The notes: generated by a model not told the origin, from the letters alone. Shown: positions 1-12,520, counted from the stretch's first letter. The stretch is 64,000 nucleotides of DNA from Anthoceros angustus (GCA_010909165.1 MU008158.1:1-64000), one strand, 5' to 3'. Numbers and translations: made by a program.

Positions 1-554
1 TTTGTTGTTTTTGTGGTCCTTCTGTCGCTTCTCTTGCCTTGCAGCCTTGATATTTCTCAAACTCCTTGTTTAGTGGGATTTGGTGAATTCATGGTGGGCA
101 AGGATTTGATGCAAATTGTGCATCCTCAAAGCATGATGTTGAGCTTGATCCATTTGTGCCAAAGGCGAGATCTCCACGCATAGAAGTTCCATTTAAAGAT
201 CTAATTGGAAAGGAAGCATAGGAGAATGGATGCCTTAGGAGGAATAGGAAGTAGCTCTAGCATCAAGAGCAAAGCTGCTCTGATACCATGATGAAAATCA
301 TGCTAAGCTCTAGCATAAAAGATGCTTGCATTACAATGTATATAATAGAAAGTACAAAGCCTATTTATAGGCAAGGTGGTTAGGTGGTTACGGTTATAAC
401 CATAAGTTGTTATAACCGTTGGTTGTAACTAATATAACAACTAACCTCCTAGGACAACTAACTAAGTAACTACTTAATGCCCTAGAGATAAATTAAAGCA
501 TAAGTAAAGGTGCCCTAGTGAATAGTGCCTAAACTATATGTATTTTATCGAACA
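1..554 (-). mobile_element. 5' end of a Ty1/copia element that extends left of the window: PBS plus 5' LTR
   Basis: GCTCTGATACCA at 277-288 is the reverse complement of the tRNA-iMet PBS TGGTATCAGAGC. It abuts a TG-starting LTR at 289 to ~554, which is similar to the LTR at 59813-60036. The right LTR boundary is approximate. Confidence 0.8.
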
Positions 555-583
555 CCCACTCCGGTGGGTGTCAAAGCATGTCT

Positions 584-751
584 TGAGTAAAACGAGCGAG
601 GAGAGCATATAGATCTCGAGATAGTTGGAATTATAAATAATCGCAATAACAAAAATGTTTAAATACTATCGATGTGTCTATTGACCGACAACCTAAATCC
701 ATATAACCTAAATATGATTAATCGTGCATTAGGTTAACTTCCACGCTAACA
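584..751 (-). repeat. 3' LTR of the Copia element (168 bp)
   Basis: Direct repeat of 7143-7315, adjacent to the PPT. Confidence 0.95.
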
Positions 752-933
752 CCCCCTCTTAAACTAACCACGGTTAATTTAAACGCGAACCCTGAGACGA
801 GATACTTCCTGCGAGGACCAGGCAGCTGGGCATCACGAGGAACAGTCTCTCGCTCGCGCACGCTTAAACATAATCCGGTGGTTGGAGCTGACGATCCAGA
901 TTCTGTTCTACAATCAAGGGCGCGACTACAAGA

Positions 934-1425
934 ATGGAGCTCCACCTCGCTGTGCTCACCGCCAAAACTCAACTTGCGCTCTTCATCTTCACGCGTCTGT
1001 GGATTTCAATCCTTCGATTGATCATGAAGACAGGGAGTGGCAGGGAGCGTCGAATTCCTCCTGCAAGGAGACAGAAGAGGAGTGGAACAGCTGGCAACCA
1101 TCCTTCTGATCCACAGTCCACAGCAATGACAGGAACGGAGGCGCCCTCTTCGTCAGAGGTCGTGCCTCTGAGCAAAGAGGAAGCAATCAAAGGCTGGGAA
1201 TGGGACAGCAGACACGAGGTCGGCCAGCACGTGCGCCTGGGGAACTATCATGTGGAACTGAATGTATCCTTAGTGGTAGGCAAAGTCAGAAACAGGGATA
1301 CCCTCATCTCCGAACCTCCAATTCGTGAACAAACTGAGGAAGGGAGACAGGGTCTTGTCAGGCAGCTGGAGGACACTATCAGAATGCTAAACAAGCTCAA
1401 GGAGGTGGACTTTGACGAGGTTTGA
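934..1425 (+). CDS. Antisense ORF (163 aa, unknown function) in the Copia region between RNase H and PPT
   Basis: Uninterrupted ORF in moderate-GC sequence, with a helical-looking C-terminus (LVRQLEDTIRMLNKLKEVDFDEV). No recognised family. Confidence 0.4.
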   Translation: MELHLAVLTAKTQLALFIFTRLWISILRLIMKTGSGRERRIPPARRQKRSGTAGNHPSDPQSTAMTGTEAPSSSEVVPLSKEEAIKGWEWDSRHEVGQHVRLGNYHVELNVSLVVGKVRNRDTLISEPPIREQTEEGRQGLVRQLEDTIRMLNKLKEVDFDEV

Positions 1426-1626
1426 AAAAACAGGCATTCAGATGATTAGGTATGTCCCTCACGCTTCATCCATCTGATCCTGTGTGTTTTTATTTTTCCT
1501 GTTAAGATTTGTAACGGCTGCAGGAAAAACTGATTGTGTTGTTGCTCGTGCAGCTCAAGTCATCTGGGAGGACTTGGAATCATCAAAGCACAAGCTTCCA
1601 CCACCCCTCTTCCAGATGAGAAACTG

Positions 1627-4600
1627 TCACTCAAAATAGGCAGAGTAGTCCCTCAGTCCCATGCCCTCCATATGATAATAATGTTTGTATTTGGGCAACC
1701 CTTTTGTGAGGATGTCGGCAGTATTTTCATCTGTCTGTATGTACTCCAATTTAATAACACCTCTGTGAACCACATCTCGTATGTAGTGGTGTTGCACTTC
1801 GATATGCTTTGTACGAGCATGAAATTTTGAGCTCTCTACTAACTCAAGGCTGCAGTATTATCACAGAGCACGAGAGTGGGCTTCTCCTGTGGCTGTCCCA
1901 AATCCTGGAGGAAGCTTCGTTCCCACTCGGCCTCCTTTGCTGCTTCAGTCAAAGATTTATACTACCAAGAACCGAGCAACAGATGCTTGTTTTTCTGACT
2001 CCATGTAACCGCTTGAGCCGAGATAGCAATATGTGGAGAGACTTCGCGGCATCAAGAGGCCCAACAAGATCTGTGAAGCCTCTCAAGGTAAGTTGCCTTT
2101 GTCCAGTGCTCTTGTACATAAGTCCATATTTGTGCGTGCCTTTGAGATAACGAAATATCCTTTTGACAGCTACCCAGTGTACCCTAGCAGGATTTTCCGA
2201 AGCTAAACTGAAACAAAGATATTGTATGTCGTCGAGTCCAACAGAACAAAATCAAAAGACCCAACAGCATGTCGGTAAGGTATGTCCTGCATGTCCAACT
2301 TTTCAGCTTGTGACTGTGGGCACTGGTACTTGGTCAATTTCGTGCCAGCAGCATAGGGAGTGGTGGCTGGCCTGGCCTCATCAAGGTTGAACTTTCTGAG
2401 TATCTCGTTTATGTACTTATACTGGTGGATAAAGAGTAACCCTTCTTCCCTTACACGAAGCAATTGGATTCCCAGACAGAATTTTAGCTCCTCTATGTCT
2501 TTCATGTCGAATCTGCTGCTGAGTTTGTCCTTCACGCTTGCTAACAGTTTTTGATCGTTTGTGGCAAATATAACATCATCAACATAAAGTGCCAGGATGA
2601 CAATTGATGCTCCTTGAGTGAGCTTGTACACATTGCCGTCGGCTGCATTTTGGACGAAGTCAATGCTGAGCAGGTACAAGTGCATTGTAATATACCAAAC
2701 ACGCCCGCTTTGTTTCAGGCCGTATATGCACTTCAAAAGCTTTAACACTTTGTTCTGCTTTTGTCTTCGTAGGCGCAACATATGACTCTTCTTCGAGGGC
2801 ACATACAAGAAAAACATCCATCTGCTGCAGATCAAGGTCAAACTCGCATAAGCGTCGATGGATGTAAACAACAAAGTAGAAGGTCTCTTGATAGTCAAGG
2901 CCTTCCACTTGGGTAAACCCACGAGCCACGAGCCTTGCTTTGTATCTGGCCACCCGTCCATGTGCGTTGAGCTTGATTTTAAAAACCCACTTACAGCTGA
3001 TCGCCTTTCTTCCAGGTGGGAGGTCTGCAAGTACCCATGTCGTATTTTTAAGAAGGGATTGGTACTCGTCCTCCACTGCAGCCTTCCACTGTTCACTCTG
3101 TGGACCATTAAAGGCCTGCTGTAAAGTGGTAGGCTCCTCTGGAACGTCAGGGCTAGCAGTAGTCAAGGCAGCAGCTTTAGCAAAAGAGGTTTTCCGAAAA
3201 TCGATGGACTGGTAACGGGGCTCTGCCCATTGGTCTGGAGGTGGCCTGTGACGTGTAGAACGTCTGAGGACAGGCTCTTGTTCATGTGGCTCGTTAGCAG
3301 GGGCTATGTTTTCCGGAGCATGATGTCCTACAACCTCCCCCTCATCGTCTGGAATGGGGGCAGCATCCCCCTCATAGTCTGGAGGATAAGCATTTCCAAA
3401 CCATAATCCAGGTCATCCTGCAGGTTCAGATTGTTGTCATGATCAGAATCGGCAAGATTAGGCACATCAGGTGCCACTGGTGGGAGATCTGCCAATACAG
3501 CATCATCTTCATGTCCGTCAGCAAGATCGTCCAGTGTTTCGGGCTCAGCAGAATCCATATCATCGAGTGGGTAAGTGGCTGGAACTCCCTCTGTTTCCTC
3601 TGTTTCCAACAGATCGGAGTCTCCTCCGACAACAGTTTGTTGATCCTGTGATGTTTCTGAAGATGGCTGTGTGGCAGGGGCACTAGGCTCGAGAAAAGTG
3701 ACGCTCCGGGCGAGAAGCATAACACCAGTCCTGGGATTGTAGAGTTTGTAGGCTTTGGTTCTTTCACTATAACCTACAAAACGTAAGCCCTGTGCTCGAG
3801 GATCCAATTTCCTTCGTTTCTCAACAGGTATGTAAGCAAAAGCCCGTGCTCCAAAAACTTGCAGATGTAACAGACTTGGCTTCTTATGCCAAAACACTTC
3901 GTATGGCATCTTTTGTGGAACAGAGCTTGTAAGTACCCTATTCAAGATGTATGTTGCCGTCACCACAGCTTCTGCCCAGTATCCTTGAGACAAACCTGCC
4001 CAGATGAGCATGCTACGTGTCATTCCAAGCAAGGTTTGATTCTTCCTTTCTGATACTCCGTTTTGCTGTGATGTATAAGGTATAGTGAGCTGCATTAACA
4101 CTCCATGTTCTTGAAGGAAGTCGTCAAAAGCAGCATTAACGAACTCTGTCCCATTATCAGACCTAAGTATTTTGAGTTCCCAGATTGCCTTTGAGCAATG
4201 TGCAGCCAGTCCTTGAAGTAGTCAAAGGTGTCACTCTTCAAGCGCAGAGGGAAAGTCCATGTATATCTACTGTAATCATCCGTTAGGGTGAAAAAGTATT
4301 GAGAACCCCCTAGGGAGGGTGTATGGATTTTTCTGGAGATATCTGCGTGCACTAACTCAAGAACCTGGGTGGCTCTGTGTGCAGCTGCGTTAGGAAAGGG
4401 GGATTCCTTCTGCTTCGCCAAGATGCAGGACTCGCACACAGGTAAGTTTTTGAAACACTTTGGTAATGGCTCCCTGTGACATTCAGTGATGGACATGTCA
4501 ATTAATTTTCCTCTGTTCACATGCCCTAGTCTAGCATGCCACAACACCGCCTCCTGCTCAGCAGTGAGTGAAGGAGTAGCGGTGGAGTGAGCTACATGCT

Positions 4601-5864
4601 GACTAGCTGCTGTACGTGTACAGGCAATGTCCAAGCGATATAATGAATTCTCAGGGATGCCTCTGAAGACACATCTGTGAGGAAGTGACTTCTTGTAAAT
4701 GAACAATGCTGAGAATCAGCCACCATTGTGAAGGTACCTAGACGCATAAGCTGGCTCATGGACATGAGGTTCTTTGCCATGCTAGGCACGAAGAGAACAT
4801 CTTCGAGTATTAGGTTTGTGTTATCATGTAATTTGAATACACACTGACCTTTTCCTTCTATGTGCAGGCTAGTCTTAGATTGCTCATCACCTAAAAGGAC
4901 CTTGTCATGGACATGAGCGAGGTTGAGTGAAGTAAATAACTCCCTCTTTTTGCAAATGAGTGCGGTAGCCCCGGAGTCGAGGTACCAGTTCTCATCATCA
5001 TGTGTCGAGCTTGACAAACATATGGTGAGAATTTTGACTGGCGCCTTTTCAACAGGTTTGTCCTTCACTGCAACACTTGCAGCAGGCTTTGCCTATTTCT
5101 GGGGCTCACCAGCTTTACGCTTGCGGCACTCACGTGCCCAGTGGCCAGGGATGCCACACCAGTTGCATGTGCCTGGTCGTTTCGAACTTGAGGATTCAGT
5201 CTTGTCCTTGGGCTGTCCTAGGGAATGTCCCCCTCTGAATTTGCCCTTTCCTTTAGGGCGAAAATTCACAACTAACGCCCGTTCCCCTTTGGATTGCTTG
5301 TGCAGGCCAGCCGATGTCAAACGGGTCTGCTCTTCTTGGTAAAGGGCTCCTATTACATCTTCCATTGTAATCGCAGCAGCCTGAGTTCCTCCTGCTGCAG
5401 CAGCTGCAACAGGGCCATTCTGATAGCTGGTAACAAAAGATTGATAAGGGTGGCAAGCTGGTGAGTAGCTGGGAGACAGCTTCAGACTCCGTCATCTATG
5501 TTTTCGTGATAGACTGGATCTGTGCTCGGAGATAACGAAACTTGCTGGTATGTGCAGCCATTTTGTCACCTTCCTTCATGCGTAGAGTATAGAACTCCAT
5601 ACGGACTGCTGACAATGTGGCCATCGTGGTTGTGTGGTAGGTCTTCTCCAGCTGATTCCAGATGTCCTCCGCCAATGCGAGAAATTCCACATTGGGGATA
5701 AGAGCAGCATCCAGCCCATTGACAATGACGGCCATTGCAACACCATTATTGTGCTCCCATTTGGCATACTCATCAGGTTTGGCTTGTGGGTCAGGTTTCT
5801 TAAAAGAACCATCAACACTGGACCGTAAATTATACCGTGTGAGGATGGTTTTCATCCGCATCAT
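1627..5864 (-). pseudogene. Copia gag-pol polyprotein, frameshifted
   Basis: UBN2-type gag (RMKEGDKMAAHTSKF), zinc knuckle CNWCGIPGHWAREC, protease WYLDSGAT, GAG-pre-integrase LWHARLGH, integrase ELVHAD...TDDYSR, RT KARLVARGF and LALYVDD, RNase H HARTKHIEVQHHYIR...ADILTK. Stop at 1627-1629. Confidence 0.95.
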
Positions 5865-6425
5865 GGATAGAATAACCGACCTCTAAACCTATCCTTGTCT
5901 TTGACATCAGAACTGAAAGAAACATGGGTTGCCATGTTTATGTTGGGTGCAGGCTGCAAACTAAGGTTGTTGAAACTATTTATCAGCGCATTTAACTGTG
6001 AGGTTGTGGTCATAAAGTACCTATGGGCATCAAAAACTATGGTTTCTGATGAACAGATAAGTACACTTATACCTAAGCTGAGGGTGATTAGTGCAGTCTA
6101 CAATCTTGATGAAACTGACCACTGTATGCAGGAGGGGAATGCTATAGAGGTCAGCAAGGGAAGGGACAGCAGCAAAGAGGTGCTGGACCCTACTCATGCT
6201 GAGCTCCTCAGCATGCCACTCATGTTTACCGTGAACGGGCACGAAAACCCTAAAAATTAAAACGTTTCATGTTCAAGAGACATACCCTAACTGTCGTATC
6301 CTGTCCAAGTGAAACGACTGATTAGGTACACCAATCACAAAGCTACATGAAAATTTCAGGAAGAGATGCAAGGAAGAAAGCACCGCTTCAAATCTGGGCA
6401 GGTTTGGCTCCTGGCCCGCCTCCCG

Positions 6426-7097
6426 TCAGGCCGGAAAAATTCCTGTGGCTGGAATCGATCCGTAATGGGAGCATCCAGCCTCCAAATCTTGCAGCTTAGC
6501 ATCCATTAATATGAGAAATCCAGCAACTTCGTTGATGTCTCTCTGGATGTCCTGCTTGCATTCGGTTATGGATTGCTCGGTGTCAGAATCCAAGCTGTCC
6601 ACTCTGTCCTTGAGGACTTCTTGATTGAAGATGGCGAGGGAAAGTGCTTTCTCCACCCTAAGTAGAAGTGCTTGTGTCTCGTCAACAACACTTGCTCGTG
6701 ATCGGCCCGTTTACTGTTCTACCGTTGTGATCACGGTAGCCGGCGGTGGTGATCGCTCGGCTCTGGGGCTGCGTTCACAATCAGGGCGTGGTCTGAACAA
6801 ATAATCAGGTGATCCAGATGCCTGCAGTCGAGGAACGAGAAGACGGTGGTTTTAGCCCCTCTTCTCACGGTATCTATAACGTACAGCTGTTTGAGTTTGG
6901 TCACAACCTGTGAATTGCCGGAGTGGACGCATTGCTAACAATCTTCGTAGCCAAATGGCAGGGTAGTTGTGTTCATAAAGGTCCAGCACCGAATTAACTG
7001 GTAAAGGTGCTGTGTGTCTTGATGGGCGTCCTCCACGACGAGATTGTCTCGGAGAGCCACCACGACGAGGACCTTTAGAGCCGCCCTGCCTCGGCAT
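6426..7097 (-). CDS. Extra ORF between PBS and gag of the Copia element (Arg-rich N-terminus, coiled-coil C-terminus; interrupted)
   Basis: ATG at 7097, 33 nt after the PBS, gives MPRQGGSKGPRRGGSPRQSRR.... ORF 6426-6656 gives heptad-like EKALSLAIFNQEVLKDRVDSLDSDTEQSITECKQDIQRD. Joining the two pieces needs stop or frameshift repair. Confidence 0.45.
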
Positions 7098-7142
7098 CTT
7101 GTTCAAGCTTCCTCAAAGAAACAAAGCATGGCTCTGGTACCA

Positions 7143-7315
7143 TGAGTAAAACGAGCGTAGGCGAGAGCATACAGATCTCAGATAGTTGGAATTATAAATA
7201 ATCGCAATAACAAAAATGTTTAAATACTATCGATGTGTCTATTGACCAGACAACCCTAAATCCATATAACCTAAATATGATTAACTGTGCATTAGGTTTA
7301 ACTTCCACGCTAACA
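7143..7315 (-). repeat. 5' LTR of the Copia element (173 bp)
   Basis: Direct repeat of 584-751, adjacent to the PBS. Confidence 0.95.
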
Positions 7316-8249
7316 TGTCTTCACTCCAAACACCACAACTTCGTAACCCCCGAAGTGGCTAGGCCAAACTGAAGGGGATTGAGTTGTTGCTGGAGAAGGA
7401 AGCGACTTTGACAATGAATCAATATCTATCAATCTCATCATTGCTTTTTAAAGTACCGCAACGCACTCGCTTCAACTAAGACAAATGGAGCATCATTGAT
7501 AACCAACTAAAAGGCGTCCTTCCATGAACAAAGGCGTACAACACTTTGCACTTTCCACATTGCATTTCCAGCATAAGCTATGGGCTTCATTATCCACTTG
7601 GTAATGTTGAGGAGTGTGCGGCACAAACAACCTGCGAAATCATGTTTAAGGTCAAGCCAGATTGAATTTGAAAACATGGATGATGACTACATAGAATCCG
7701 TGGATAGATAGCGGGTTAGTTTGCCGGTGGCAGGCCAAATCATGGGTGTGGAAGTCTAACTATACGGAAAGATTTATATGACCAAATTATATTTCATAAT
7801 TTATATCAGGTAAACAATTACCCAATTTAAAATTTTATAACCCATGTAATCCAAAAACGCGATGGTCCTTCGGGGGTAAATGTAACAATACCTTGATGGG
7901 TACGGGGAATGCAAGGGCAAACGTAGCCGCGCAGTCGTTTATGGCCTTTAGGGTTCTGTCGGACTGGGAGACTCCACCCTGGGTTCCTTGATGTTTGTGT
8001 AAACCTTTCATCGTGCGTCGGGAGCCGAGAGAGGCCATGAATGAGACGGGGCCTAGGGTTCTGGAAACTGGAGAAAGCTGCCGTTGCGGGCCGGTCGAGG
8101 GTAGCGAAGATGTGTGCAGCGCAGGTCTTGCAAGTATCTACGGAGTGAATGACGGCTTGGAGGTTTCGAGGGATTTCATTGACGACGATGGATGTGGCAG
8201 GGTGATGGTTCCTAGCGGGAGAGGGGAGGGAGCCAGTGGCAGAGGTGCT

Positions 8250-9518
8250 ATGGCTCTAAGCAAGGGAAGATTTTGCAGGGTAGAGACTGCGGATGGACAG
8301 ATTGAGGAGATCGAGCTAGAGATAGCCTTGCTGATGTCGCCCAATCTGTACAGACAGGTGGCGTGCCACAATAGTGCAACGCCTCATAAGTTTCCTTCCA
8401 TTGTGTTGCCCAAGCAAGTGACGCCGGACGCCCTGAAGCTCATCATGGAGTACTGCCGTTTCCACCAGGCTCCTGGCCGCTCCGACAAGGAGCGCAAGAT
8501 CTACGATGAAAAATTCATCAGAACGTTGGACACAAAGAAGCTCTGCGAGATGGCATCAGCTGCGGACAGCCTCAAGATGAGTCCGCTGGTAGAGTTGACT
8601 TGCCAGGCGTTGGCCAAGATGATTGAGGGCAAGACCCCTGAAGAGGTGCGCGAGATCTTCCACCTTCCAGATGATCTGACTGAGGAAGAGAAGTTGGAGC
8701 CCATGAAGAACTCGATGGGGGACCCCAGGATCAGATTGTTGAATCGGCTTTATGCTCGGAAGCGGAAGGAATTGCACGAGAAGAGGAATCTGGAATCCAA
8801 AACATCCTTATCTACGGAGCAGACCATGGATCATCGGTCTGTAGATGACTTGCTTTCCTTCATCGATGGAGACAAAATAGATGAGCCTACCAAGTCGAAA
8901 AAGGGCCCTCGCAGACGAAAGAAGCGGAACAAGGATCGAAGCAGTGACGGACTTCTATGTCATTCTGAGGACGAGGATGATAATGCCGCTAACTGCAAGG
9001 ATAAGTTGACCGGGGGAGCTATCTTGTCCAGCCCTGATTGCTGTGTTCCTTCTACTGGACCTATGAAGTACGTCGAGTCTTTATCCAGGTTTAGGGGAAA
9101 GAAAGTCCGCCAGGAATCTAGATGTAAAGCTAGCAATTCATCTCACTCCAGAAGTCATAGGTTAGAGGGAGTGGCATTGGGAGGTCCTGCAGCAAGCAGC
9201 TTGGGAAACTCGGGGGGACGAGTTATGCAGCAGTTGGACTGGCAAGGCCTTCTGAAGTTGCGGCAGCACGGCCAAATTAGTTTCACGGCAGAAGGGAATG
9301 GCATGTCTTTGCACAATATGGACAGTTTGCATGACCTCAAACATATAGGTCGGGACCTAATTGATACAGAAGCTGTTGCCAGAATGCTCAACGACGAAGA
9401 CGACTTTGATGATGACGACGGATTGGACCCTGTGTTGAGGGAGCAGATTGACAAGGAAGTTGAAGATTTTGCTAAACGATTGAATGTAGAACAACGTTGG
9501 TCATTGAGGCCAAATTGA
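8250..9518 (+). CDS. ASK21: SKP1-like protein, type II (ASK20/ASK21 family), intronless
   Basis: Continuous ORF with ETADGQIEEIE, YCRFHQAPGRSDKERKIYDEKFI, EGKTPEEVREIFHLPDDLTEEEKLEP, DPRIRLLNRLYARKRKEL, RSVDDLLSFI and C-terminal DDFDDDDGLDP...IDKEVEDFAKRLN. Likely start MALSKG at 8250; an upstream in-frame ATG lies at 8037. Confidence 0.93.
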   Translation: MALSKGRFCRVETADGQIEEIELEIALLMSPNLYRQVACHNSATPHKFPSIVLPKQVTPDALKLIMEYCRFHQAPGRSDKERKIYDEKFIRTLDTKKLCEMASAADSLKMSPLVELTCQALAKMIEGKTPEEVREIFHLPDDLTEEEKLEPMKNSMGDPRIRLLNRLYARKRKELHEKRNLESKTSLSTEQTMDHRSVDDLLSFIDGDKIDEPTKSKKGPRRRKKRNKDRSSDGLLCHSEDEDDNAANCKDKLTGGAILSSPDCCVPSTGPMKYVESLSRFRGKKVRQESRCKASNSSHSRSHRLEGVALGGPAASSLGNSGGRVMQQLDWQGLLKLRQHGQISFTAEGNGMSLHNMDSLHDLKHIGRDLIDTEAVARMLNDEDDFDDDDGLDPVLREQIDKEVEDFAKRLNVEQRWSLRPN

Positions 9519-10439
9519 GAACCCACTAAGGCGGCTTTTGGGCTGACCTTAATGCGTTGGACGTTTGCACACTCTGTTTCTGGGCTGTGGATGCTTTGAA
9601 GTTGTAGGGCGGGGTTGCTGGTCAGAAAGTCCTTGCATGCTCTGTCTGCTCTCCAAACGCTCTCGAGTCGTGTGTTTTGCTCGGAACTCTACCCGCCATG
9701 TACTGGGAAACGTATGTATTATTATTAACCCAGGATCGTATGCGAGCCAACCTTTCATAGTCTTGGCAGAAAAGAGGAAGGGAATTTATGACACAGATTA
9801 GACGCAACCTTTCATGGTGTTGGCACAAAAGAGGACGTGGGTTAATGACACGAATTAAATGCCAAAATGCCCATACAAGCCGTGAAACCTAGAGATTGAT
9901 ATGCCACCGTGAGGTTGGGACGGGTGGCCAAATATACCAAAGAAAATTGCCACCCTCATGAGTCGTTTGCTGATTTTGTTGTGCGCTCCTTGTTGTGTGG
10001 CGTATTGTAGATTCTTTTGTTTAGTGGGAGTAAGCGGATTTTCCAGTTTAAATCATATGCATGCTTCGCCCTACACGCATGCAGCGAACTCTGGTGAGTA
10101 GGCTTGATCGTTGTTTTTCGATCACATGTTTTGTTGTTGAAGGGCATGATGCGACGGTGTTCTCTCTGCAGGCAATCTAGCTCCCGGGGCTGCCACCAAG
10201 CAATACTCCATCGCTGAACATCCTCTAGCTCCTGGTGATTTTCATATCTGTTTTTTAGGTTGAATTTTGATAGCTATGATCCCATGGATGATACTAACAT
10301 GATGGAGTTTTTTGCTTTTCACACACCATGCACCTCATCCTCCTGTTCATTAGGGCGTTGCTGGTGGATCCATGCTGGGTACCCTTGCAGCATAGCTCAA
10401 AGTTTTTTTTTATGCTTGGATCGTCTTCTGGGTTCCTCT

Positions 10440-11612
10440 TCTCTGGTACCCCGAGGTCCGGCCTCCTGAAGAAAGTCCGACTCAAGGTCCGGACTCTAGT
10501 GTGACGAGGACCCTCGAGGTCCGGCGCCCGGAGGGAGGGCCCGAGGCCGGACCCCAGTCCGGACCCTAAGGTTCGGACTCGAGAGACCACAGGTCCTGAC
10601 CGAGAGAAGACCGGACCTAGAGGTCCGGACTCGAGTCGACTGGACCACAAGTCCAGGACTCGGGGAGCGGGAGGAGCCACCAATCACCCCGATGAACCAT
10701 CTCTTGGAGGCCCTGACAAGGGCCCGGTGAGATAAGAGAGGATGGGGAGGAGGATTTAGTGGTGACCGCCGTTGTCGAGCCGCCGAGCGCAACTGGCGAG
10801 TCTCGGGGAGAGGTAGGGGCCCCGCCTCGCGGATCATCCGATTGGGTGCGCCTGCGATTGTCGAGCTAGGGCTTGGGCCGGCCAATGGGCAACCCACCCC
10901 CACCAGAAGCGTAGATAGGTGGAATAAGGGGAATAGTAGGCGGCCGATTAGGGGCGCTTGGTAACCATCGGCTCGAATAGTGTAATAAAGAGGCGCCGGC
11001 GTAGTATAAGAGAGGGCCGTTGCTCTAGTAAATATCTTTCTCTTGGTGTTGATGCGCGTCTTCTTGCAGGCCCTTGTGTGCCTTCTTGCTAGCGTGAGTC
11101 CCGAGTCACAGCGGGCCCGGCGACTCGGAGAGGATCAAGGTCCGGTGACGGACCCTACGTGTGGTGTTGTGCGCAGGGAAGGGCGACCCGGGACCCTTGC
11201 TCATCTCGATACCCAGCCAGACGGGCCGGGCAAGCGTGAGCGGAGGAACCCGGGCGTGTCGGGCGAGAGGCTGGCGGAGCGACGGAGGAGGTTCGGACCG
11301 CGCAGCCACCCGCGATTTTCTCCAAGGATAATGAGTGAAGTGTAAATGGTGAGAGGAACGGACCAGAGGACGAGTGACAACTTGAATAATGGACGCCGAA
11401 TGGGTCCTTAAATGTTTGGCCACGCCTTTTGTCCTGAACGACTAGTTAGTCGTAAAACGATGATTGTGTGTGTTGAGTCTGAAACGGGTACTACGTGAGG
11501 TGAGAAACGATTGAAACGTGGCCAACAGAGCCTATCATTCTCTTGGGAACGGACCTCCTCACTACAACGACACGGATTGTGCGCGCTACCGGGCCGCCAA
11601 AGTCGCGCCACA
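10440..11612 (+). mobile_element. 3' fragment of the gypsy family: GAGGTCCGG repeats plus LTR (~10680-11612)
   Basis: Colinear with 25070-26168 and 51620-53110. Shared GGATCATCCGATTGGG, AATAAAG, GTAGTATAAGAG and a 3' end ...GTCGCGCCACA. Confidence 0.8.
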
Positions 11613-12030
11613 CCATGCTTGAACTGACCTGATAGCGTTGAGGACAAAATCATGCCGATCCGGGCCTCCGGAAAATCTCGCCTCAGACGAGGTCCTCCAC
11701 CTTCCATGGTGTCCGATCCTCCGAAAGATCACCGATTTCGATCTTGGCCTCAGGCTGGGATTGGGACAAGTTTGTCTAATAGATCTCCGGCAAGGAGTCT
11801 TGTGAATCTTTGCCGACGAGGTCCGAAAACGGAGACCAATTGGTGGCTGCTCCTAAGGTGGCGTCGCCCCCCGCAACTCGCCTCGCCAATTCCTCCGTGC
11901 TTGCCGATGCTTTGAAAAGAACGCCTCCTCGCCTGCATCCGCCGGGAGTGGTCCGGCCGATGTCCCGTGTCCTCAAGCGAACGGACCGATCTCATGCCCC
12001 TCGGGTGCATCACCCATGTGACTAACGCAT
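11613..12030 (-). mobile_element. Short gypsy gag/protease-linker fragment
   Basis: Loose similarity to 18600-18800 of the minus-strand gypsy element. Confidence 0.35.
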
Positions 12031-12189
12031 AAGATCAGCAACCCTTTAAATGTGAAAGAACAACGAAATCCTCCACTCACTCCTGGCCGCCAAGCCCGTG
12101 TGAGCGCCCGCAATTCCGCAGAAATGGATTACCCACGCTTGGATCACTGCCCGATGTAGGGTAGGGATTGTCCTGGTCAGCTCCAAAGA

Positions 12190-12520
12190 ATGGACCGGAG
12201 TGGGCCCACGGTGGGACCTGACAGCCCACGTGGGACCGCATTATTTAGTGGGACTGCCCACGTGGGGACCGATCCATTTATGGGACCGCATGGGCCCACG
12301 GCGGACCGCATGCACAGTGACCACGATCCCACTGATGGGGCTCACGATTTAAGTGCTGCCACACGGGGACTGTCTCAGAGCATTCCGGGTTGCTGGTCGG
12401 ATCCCCCTACAGGCCCCAAAGAATAGGATGGACAGCCTCACGAGGTGGGACTGCCCCAGCCCCTGCTGTAGGGACTGCCCTTGATCCAAAGAATGGATAC
12501 CCACAAAGTGGGACTGCCCC
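12190..12520. repeat. Degenerate GGGACTGCCC / GTGGGAC short-repeat cluster
   Basis: The motif recurs several times, and a related GGGACT occurs at 14772-14778 beyond the inserted Copia. Confidence 0.6.

Larger units (their letters stand above)
584..7315 (-). mobile_element. Full-length Ty1/copia LTR retrotransposon
   Basis: Two near-identical TG...CA LTRs (584-751 and 7143-7315). 5-bp TSD TGTCT at 579-583 and 7316-7320. PBS TGGTACCAGAGC at 7131-7142 (one mismatch to iMet). PPT complement CCCCCTCTT at 752-760. Domain order is gag-PR-INT-RT-RH. Confidence 0.95.

Noticed and set aside
555-583. CCCACTCC after the first LTR as a PPT, implying another shared-LTR tandem
   Set aside because: The match is too short, and the sequence beyond the TSD at 7320 shows no Copia internal region.
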